Shown here: positions 55,460 through 64,000 of the stretch, one piece after another
Layout: the number at the start of each line of letters is the position of its first letter
Position numbering within the stretch: position 1 is the stretch's first letter
Origin: Octopus vulgaris
Lineage: Eukaryota
Reading direction: 5' to 3'
DNA: 64,000 nt
Assembly (NCBI GenBank): GCA_951406725.2
Contig: OX597825.1
Location: 77,996,001-78,060,000 of the forward strand
Made by a program: the position numbers and the translations under genes
The notes under the pieces: generated by a model
Database searches by the model: none
The model's input: the letters and a program-made list of their open reading frames with translations, nothing else
Told to the model about the DNA's origin: nothing

Positions 55460-55775
55460 GAGAGAGAGAGAGAGAAAGAGAGGGGGACTATCAAAGAGTA
55501 AGAGAGTGAAAGAAAAAGAGAGAGAAAGAGAGAGAAAAAAGAGAGAGAGAGAGAAAGAGAGGAGGGAGTGTCAAAGAATAAGAGAGTGAAAGAAAAAGAG
55601 AGAGAAAGAGAGGGGGACTATCAAATAGTAAGAGAGTGTAAGAAAAAGAGAGAGAAAGAGAGAAAAAGAGAGAGAGAGAGAGAAAGAGAGGAGGGAGTGT
55701 CAAAGAGTAAGAGAGAGAAAGAAAAAGAGAGAGAAAGAGAGTGAAAGAAAAAAAAAGAGAGAGAGAGAGAGAGAA
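55460..55775. repeat. Purine-rich minisatellite with alternating ~60-70-bp units (ggggactatcaaa.. / gggagtgtcaaag..)
   Basis: Two unit variants alternate twice. Confidence 0.75.
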
Positions 55776-56029
55776 GTTTCTATTCTGATTTATTAATAAT
55801 ATTACTTCTGCTACTCTCTCTGTTTTCGTTGCAGCCGCTGCTTCTGTGGCTAATAATAAGGATGATGATGATGATGATGATGATGAGGATGATGATGAAC
55901 ATGATGATGTTGTTGTTGTTGCTGGTGGTGGTGGTGGTGGTGGAGACGTAGCAATCGTATTTATAATTTGTAACAATAACAAACGTAAAGAAATAAAAAT
56001 ATAAATTCAAAATAACCACGTAAAATAAT

Positions 56030-56034
56030 AATAC

Positions 56035-56075
<41 letters not shown>

Positions 56076-56182
56076 CAACAACAACAACAACAATAATAAT
56101 AATAATAATAATAACAACAACAATAATAATAATAATAATAATAACAACAATAATAATATAACATAATAATAATAATAATAAC

Positions 56183-56223
<41 letters not shown>

Positions 56224-56269
56224 CAACAACAACAACAACAATAATAATAATAATAATAATAACAACAAC

Positions 56270-56319
<50 letters not shown>

Positions 56320-56326
56320 TAATAAT

Positions 56327-56361
<35 letters not shown>

Positions 56362-56365
56362 TAAT

Positions 56366-56448
<83 letters not shown>

Positions 56449-56450
56449 TG
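56030..56450. repeat. (AAT)n/(AAC)n microsatellite
   Basis: Directly visible. Confidence 0.95.
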
Positions 56451-56571
56451 ATAATAGCATTGTTAATAAATTACAAATATTCTAACCCATAATATGCAAT
56501 TTCTTGAAAAATAGATAAAAAAAAAGTTATTTTAATATTAAATACATACATATACAACATACATACATACA

Positions 56572-56604
<33 letters not shown>

Positions 56605-57250
56605 GTATATATTTTAGAGAGTTCGTCTGCAGGAACAGGGTATTAAGATATGAAGTTAAGTACTCAATACTTCCGGGAGTAGATTTATACACACATACAC
56701 ATATATAGATACATATATATACATATGAACATACATACACATATACACACTCATATATAGATATATACACGCATACATACATATACACATTTATACATAC
56801 ACACGTACATACATACATACACACATTTATACATACATACATATACACATTTATACATACATACATACATACATATATACATACATACATACATTTATAC
56901 ATACATACATACATACATACAAATACACATTTATACATACATACATACATATATACATTTATACTACATACATACATACATACATACTTACGTACATACA
57001 CGCCAACGCGTGCATGTAGGCATTCATAGCAAATACACGCGCGTACGTGCATACGTGCGTTCATACAAACATACATACATACATAGATGTGCATTTATGA
57101 AAACAATAAAATATACGGCGAAAGAATTAACATCGAAAAGGAAAACAGCCAAAAAAACAAGCAGAGAAAATTCAGAAGCGAACGAGAGAAAGAAAGAAGG
57201 AAGAAAGAAGATATTTCAACGGACGAAGGAGACGGCAGAGGCGTGAGAAG

Positions 57251-57463
57251 ATGAGGTACGTTTGGTTGGCGTTAAACTTTCTTCTGTGTACATGTACCCT
57301 GTTAAGTTGGGCCCCCGGATTAACAAGGGCCAGCGAGGGGTCGAAAGGAGCTTATCATCATATCATGTGTGATAAGAACTACAACAAGCTGATCAGACCA
57401 GCTGGACTTAACAACCGCCTCGTTGTGCGACTTGGGATCAGGATTTCACAAATTCTCAAAGTA
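57251..57463 (+). CDS. First coding exon of a Cys-loop ligand-gated ion channel, nicotinic acetylcholine receptor-like subunit (signal peptide plus start of the ligand-binding domain); partial gene
   Basis: Translates as MRYVWLALNFLLCTCTLLSWAPGLTRA-SEGSKGAYHHIMCDKNYNKLIRPAGLNNRLVVRLGIRISQILKV: a hydrophobic signal peptide, then the nAChR motif YNxLIRP...LxVxLGxxxSQxxxV. Ends at a consensus phase-0 donor (GTA|GTAAGT, 57464), the conserved nAChR intron position before DEKNQ. No exon 2 found in the window. Confidence 0.9.
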
Positions 57464-57642
57464 GTAAGTTGTATACGTTTATCTATTTATTTATTTATTT
57501 ATTTATTTATTTACTACCACCACCACCACCACCATCACCACTACTACTACTACTGTTAGTATTGTCGTTGTTGTTGTTGTTCTCGTAGCTGTCGTTATTT
57601 CCATTGTTGTGGGTATATTTTTTTTCCATTGTTATTACTTAT

Positions 57643-57862
57643 AAGGCAATCGAAATGGCTGAGGCGTTAGCACGTCGGACAAACTTCTTAACAACATTTC
57701 GTCCGTTTTCACGATCTGAGTTCAAATCCCGCTGAGGCCGACTTTACCTTTCATCCTCTCAGGGTCGATGTAATAGCTACTAGTTGAGCACTAGGGCCCA
57801 TGTAATCAACTAACCCATCTCGTGCCCCAAAATTTCAAGCCTTGTGCCTATAGTAAAAGAGG
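57643..57862 (+). mobile_element. SINE family B in intron 1 of the receptor gene
   Basis: gttagcacgtcgg..ctgagttcaaatcccgctgaggccgacttt. Confidence 0.75.
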
Positions 57863-57872
57863 ATTATTATTA

Positions 57873-57937
<65 letters not shown>

Positions 57938-57939
<2 letters not shown>

Positions 57940-58160
57940 AGTGGTAAGTGGTCACAATCGTTAGCACGCCGGTCAAAATGTTCAGCAGTATTTTGTCCGA
58001 GTTTACAATCTGAGTTCAAACTCCGACCAGGTCGACTTTCCTTTTCATTCTTTCGGGACCGACAAAATAAGTACCAGTCATTCACGGGGGTTCGATGAAA
58101 TCGACTTACCCCTTCCATCCACCCCCGAAATTTCTAGCTTTGTGCCAAAATTTGAAACCA
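57938..58160 (+). mobile_element. SINE family B in intron 1
   Basis: gttagcacgccgg..ctgagttcaaactcc..gtcgactttcc..aagtaccagtc. Confidence 0.75.
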
Positions 58161-58164
58161 TCAT

Positions 58165-58469
58165 TACTTTCCCATGCTCTGGAAATGGCACAGTAATCCG
58201 GGATTTTTGTGTGGGGGGTTACCCCCGGATTACCCTACGGGGACTGTCCCGCTATTGGGGATTTTATTTATGATTTATTTCTCTACTTTCTATTATATAT
58301 CCTTTGTTATATCCTTTCATGTGGTAACGTCTCCCCTTGATTGATGTTAACCCCACATGTTTTTGTTAGTGTTTCTTTTTTTGTTGCAGTTTTGTGTATG
58401 TGTGTGCGCTATAACTCGTCCTTAGATATTGTCCACCATGTTTTAGGCCCCTGTGGCCAATAAAAGAAA

Positions 58470-58470
<1 letters not shown>
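58165..58470 (+). mobile_element. Probable 3' UTR remnant of a Tx1-like LINE, followed by (ATT)n
   Basis: ggatttttgtgtgggg..ttaccc..tgtccc resembles the reverse complement of 6960-7020. Ends cccctgtggccaataaaagaaat. Confidence 0.5.
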
Positions 58471-58995
<525 letters not shown>

Positions 58996-59426
58996 TATTC
59001 ATATATCTATTTTCCATCAACATTTCTATTTTTATGTTCTTTTCATTTGCCCTTATTGTTGTAACGTCCCCTTTCCATCACTTGTAAACAAAACCACCCG
59101 CACCATCCCCACCATCCCCACCTGTTCGTGTCCTGTTTCATCCTTTGACAAATATTTTCCATGTCTTCCACCCTTGTGGCTAATAAAAGAAATTATTATA
59201 GATGTTGTTAACACTATGTCATCTTTCTTCTACTTCTTTCCCCTCGCTTCCCTTATTTCTTATTATTATTGATCATCATCATCATCATCATCGTCATCAT
59301 CATCACCATCATCGTCATCATCATCATCATCATCATCATCATTGTCATCATCATCATCATCATTGTCATCATATTGTCCTCAACTGCACTTTTCCTTCCC
59401 GTCTTCTTAACTTTTTTGTCGTTACT

Positions 59427-59498
<72 letters not shown>

Positions 59499-60382
59499 GG
59501 CAAGCTGTTGCTTTCTATTTTAACTTATTTCTGTAGCTGCTGCTGCTGTTGCTGCTGCTGTTGTCATTGCTGCTGTCATTGCCGCAGCTGCTATTCCAGC
59601 TGCTGCTGCGGCTCCCTCTGTTTTTCTCATAATTATTGTTGTTCTTCTTGTTGTTTAACCCTAAGACAACAACCCAGAGCGAGCACACATACCGCAGATC
59701 TGATCAAAGTCGTGCCAACCGTGGCTATTTTAAGTGTATCTAGGAATAAACTAAGTAATTGTGTTCTTATAATGTTTTTAAGGCAGTGAGAAGTAACATT
59801 AAAAGAGATTTGGTTGGTATTTCAAGCATGTCAAGCGACCATACACAGACTTTATAACTGTCTCGTTATAATTGTTAATGATGTTCTTTAATAGTTGGTG
59901 GAGGTCACGGTGGGAGAGAATCATAAGTTTGAATGTTTTCGTTATGGCTGACATTATGTTTACTGATGTTGTTATTGCTGTTGATGTCTTCTCTAAAGTC
60001 GGCCCCAACTCACATGAGCTATGAACAAAGGTGTTCCAGCCATAGCCATCACGACGTGTATTTTCTTAGGGCACACTGAAAAACAGACGAATATTATACA
60101 AACTCTAACATGTCGAATGACCACGTGCAGGGTCATATACACACATACATACATACATACATACATACATACACACATGCATACAGGCGTTGACAGGAAG
60201 ATACACATGCACAAATATATGCATATATATACATATATATGTATATATATGTATATGTATGTGTATATATATATTATGTATATATATGCATATATATATA
60301 CGCATATATATATATATAAGTATGTATGTACATACATATATATATATAATATATACATATATATACATACATATATATATAC

Positions 60383-60421
<39 letters not shown>

Positions 60422-60445
60422 CATATATATATGTATGTATGTAAC

Positions 60446-60526
<81 letters not shown>

Positions 60527-60590
60527 GCATGCATAAGTTGTAATATTTACAATATTTCTGATACAATATAAACGATGTGTGATTGTATGT

Positions 60591-60625
<35 letters not shown>

Positions 60626-60889
60626 CCCGCCCGCACTTTTATTAAGGCTACAAAATCTGCGAAGATTTTGCATCTGTAATAAACTCATGTTATTCTACCT
60701 TAGGTATACGAGTACAATTGATCCACCTGGTTTTGCATTTATGTGTGGAAGCGATTCCACAGACACACTGCCACACTATTCCTCTTCGGAAAAATACGTA
60801 AATTTCTACTTTTTAAAAGTATAGGAAAATAGTTTTTTTTATAACTGAACATAAAAACTACCATTAATAGATAGATAGATAGATAGAAT

Positions 60890-60975
<86 letters not shown>

Positions 60976-61064
60976 GAGAGACAGATAGATAGACAGATAT
61001 ACATATATCTAATATATATATATACATTTATATAGACATATATATATATAGGAGAGAGAGAGAG

Positions 61065-61106
<42 letters not shown>

Positions 61107-61122
61107 ATATATATGTATATAT

Positions 61123-61189
<67 letters not shown>

Positions 61190-61372
61190 CATATGTTAGT
61201 GCGCGTTTGTGTGTGTAGGATGAAATATATGCACACGTATTTGGTTCATGTTAAATATAACATTCGATCCGGTATATAATATACGCCAATGTCTGATAAA
61301 CGATAAATACGTGTCAATATATATAGATATCTGTTCAAACAGGTGTATATAAAATGTAGAGATAAGTTTACT

Positions 61373-61425
<53 letters not shown>

Positions 61426-61683
61426 GTATATACGTATGCACGCACACATAAAATTTATATGTGTGTGTGTTTGTGTGTCATGTAAGATATATATCAGTGT
61501 TGTGTATAAGATACATGTTTTATCAAATGTATGTATATATTATTCATTTGATCATTTTAGTGTATACACGCTCTGATAAAATATAGAGCATTCCATCCGA
61601 TGTTATGCATACACGCTTTATATTCAATATATAGACGTCGCATATTGTTAAATATACATCTCTGATATATATCTATGTATATA

Positions 61684-61784
<101 letters not shown>

Positions 61785-61872
61785 TTATATTTATATATAT
61801 ATACATACATATATATATAGTAAGAAGATGGGAATTTTGGATAATTCTTATATCTGTACATCATTTCAAACA

Positions 61873-61920
<48 letters not shown>

Positions 61921-62168
61921 CATCTATATATACGTTATATGTGCATATGTCTTATCGAATATACACATTGATACATATATGTGTGTATGTGTGTGCGTAT
62001 GTGTATATGCGTGTCAGTATATCCAGGAATTAATAAACTTTCGAGAGAACGTGAAATAATTTTCTGTTCTCTCTCTTTTTCTCTTACCCTTCCTTTTGCA
62101 TTTTTTTCCTTCTTGGTTGCAATATATGGTTTATGCAAATCACTTAAATTCGAATGACGGAATATATG

Positions 62169-62259
<91 letters not shown>

Positions 62260-62573
62260 GTGTCAGTGTGTGTGTATAATAATATAAATAATATATAAAT
62301 ATATGCATATATGCATACATGTATGTACATATCTACATATATATATATATATACATGCATATACGGTTACAGGATATAAAAAAACGTTGAACACAATGAG
62401 AAACGAGAACATATAAACTAAAACATAGAAACGAACTTTTTTCGAACAACGAAAAACACAAACAGAGAAACGAAACATACAGCATAAAGAATATTCCTCT
62501 TCTTCAGTTGTCCCTGTTTCACCTACTCCACGTTTCCATGTTTGTATGTTTGTATGTATGTATGTATGTATGT

Positions 62574-62752
<179 letters not shown>

Positions 62753-63080
62753 GTGTGTGTGTGTGTGTGTGAATGTGTGTGTCTGTGAGTGTATGTATGC
62801 ATATTATATATATATGCATAGATACGGACGTATATGTGTAACACTTTCTGTACGTGTATGTGTCTAAGCATTTATGTGTTGACCCATATGCACACCTATT
62901 TAGTGTATAAAAATGGCTGAGTTGTTTTAATTGATTATATTGATTTGCAACTAACTTTATTAATCCATCTCATAATACCTGATTTCGATCTCAAGTATTC
63001 CCTGTAAAAATATCTATTTATCTGTCTATCTTTCTATTTATTTGTACCGTCAATCTATTATCTATTAATCTATCTATCCG

Positions 63081-63153
<73 letters not shown>

Positions 63154-63672
63154 CATACACACACACATTTATATATATGGATATATATATATATATAGAT
63201 AGATAGATAGATAGATATAGATGTATAGATAGATACAAGCATACATAGATACATACATATATACACGAATATATATATATATATATATAAATAGATATAC
63301 ACGTACGTATATGTATCGATAAACGGCAATATATATATATATGTATATATATACTTTGATACTTTGATACTTTGATAGGTTTCGGCCATTATTGGCCCAG
63401 GCCATGTCTAACTTAAAAGCACCACCTGGTGAAGTCTTTCAAGTCAGAATTTGGGCACTATGGCCCACTCAAGTAGAGAGTTATTGTTTACAGAGACATA
63501 TCCGGGTGTAGGGGGTTTATCCGGGATTTTATATATATGTATATATATATATACACATATATATACATAATATGTGCATGTGTGTGTGTGAATACATATA
63601 ATTTTACCACGACCCACCGCATTCACACGCATATACATAGACACAGACACTTATAGAGGTGCGCATAAGTGT

Positions 63673-63737
<65 letters not shown>

Positions 63738-63795
63738 TACATATATGTATGTATAGTTATGTGTGTGTGTATGTGAGTGTGCGTGTATATAGACA

Positions 63796-63990
63796 TTCTT
63801 TTATTCGTTTACTTATTTCAGGCATTTGATTGCGGCCATGCTGGGGCAAGATCTTTAGTCGAACAACTGTACCCGTTGACTTATTCCTTGTATTCTATCA
63901 GTCTCTTGTGCCGAATCGCTAGGTTACGAGGATGTAAACACACCAACATCGGTTGTTAAGCGTTAGTGTGGGACAAACACAGACACACAA
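63796..63990 (-). mobile_element. SINE family A, 3' half
   Basis: catttgattgcggccatgctgggg..aaacacaccaacatcggttg..ggacaaacacagacac. Confidence 0.8.
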
Positions 63991-64000
63991 ATTCATACAT

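Noticed and set aside
60704-60797. AG..GT-bounded segment as exon 2 of the receptor
   Set aside because: Phase 0 hits a stop immediately, and no DEKNQ or WxD motif appears in any frame.

Overview
AT-rich, extremely microsatellite-dense eukaryotic DNA. The repeat families and simple-repeat load look like a coleoid cephalopod, probably Octopus (inference). Almost all ORFs in the track are translated microsatellites. The only host coding sequence I can support is the first coding exon (57251-57463, +) of a Cys-loop, nicotinic-acetylcholine-receptor-like subunit, whose first intron runs off the window. The rest is interspersed repeats: about 30 copies or fragments of tRNA-derived SINEs, a Tx1/L1-like LINE interrupted by a CR1 3' end, Penelope-like (PLE) RT and GIY-YIG fragments, maT/DD37D, Tigger/pogo and mariner relics, and Helitron-like elements. 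The most notable signal, read by eye, is about a dozen minimal type-I hammerhead-ribozyme-like motifs. They sit in PLE ends and in short non-coding elements embedded in (TA)n or (CATA)n tracts. They include one canonical copy (15499-15578, -) and a 155-bp palindrome with a hammerhead on each strand (52176-52330), and several share a non-canonical CCGANGA core. Repeat boundaries are approximate.
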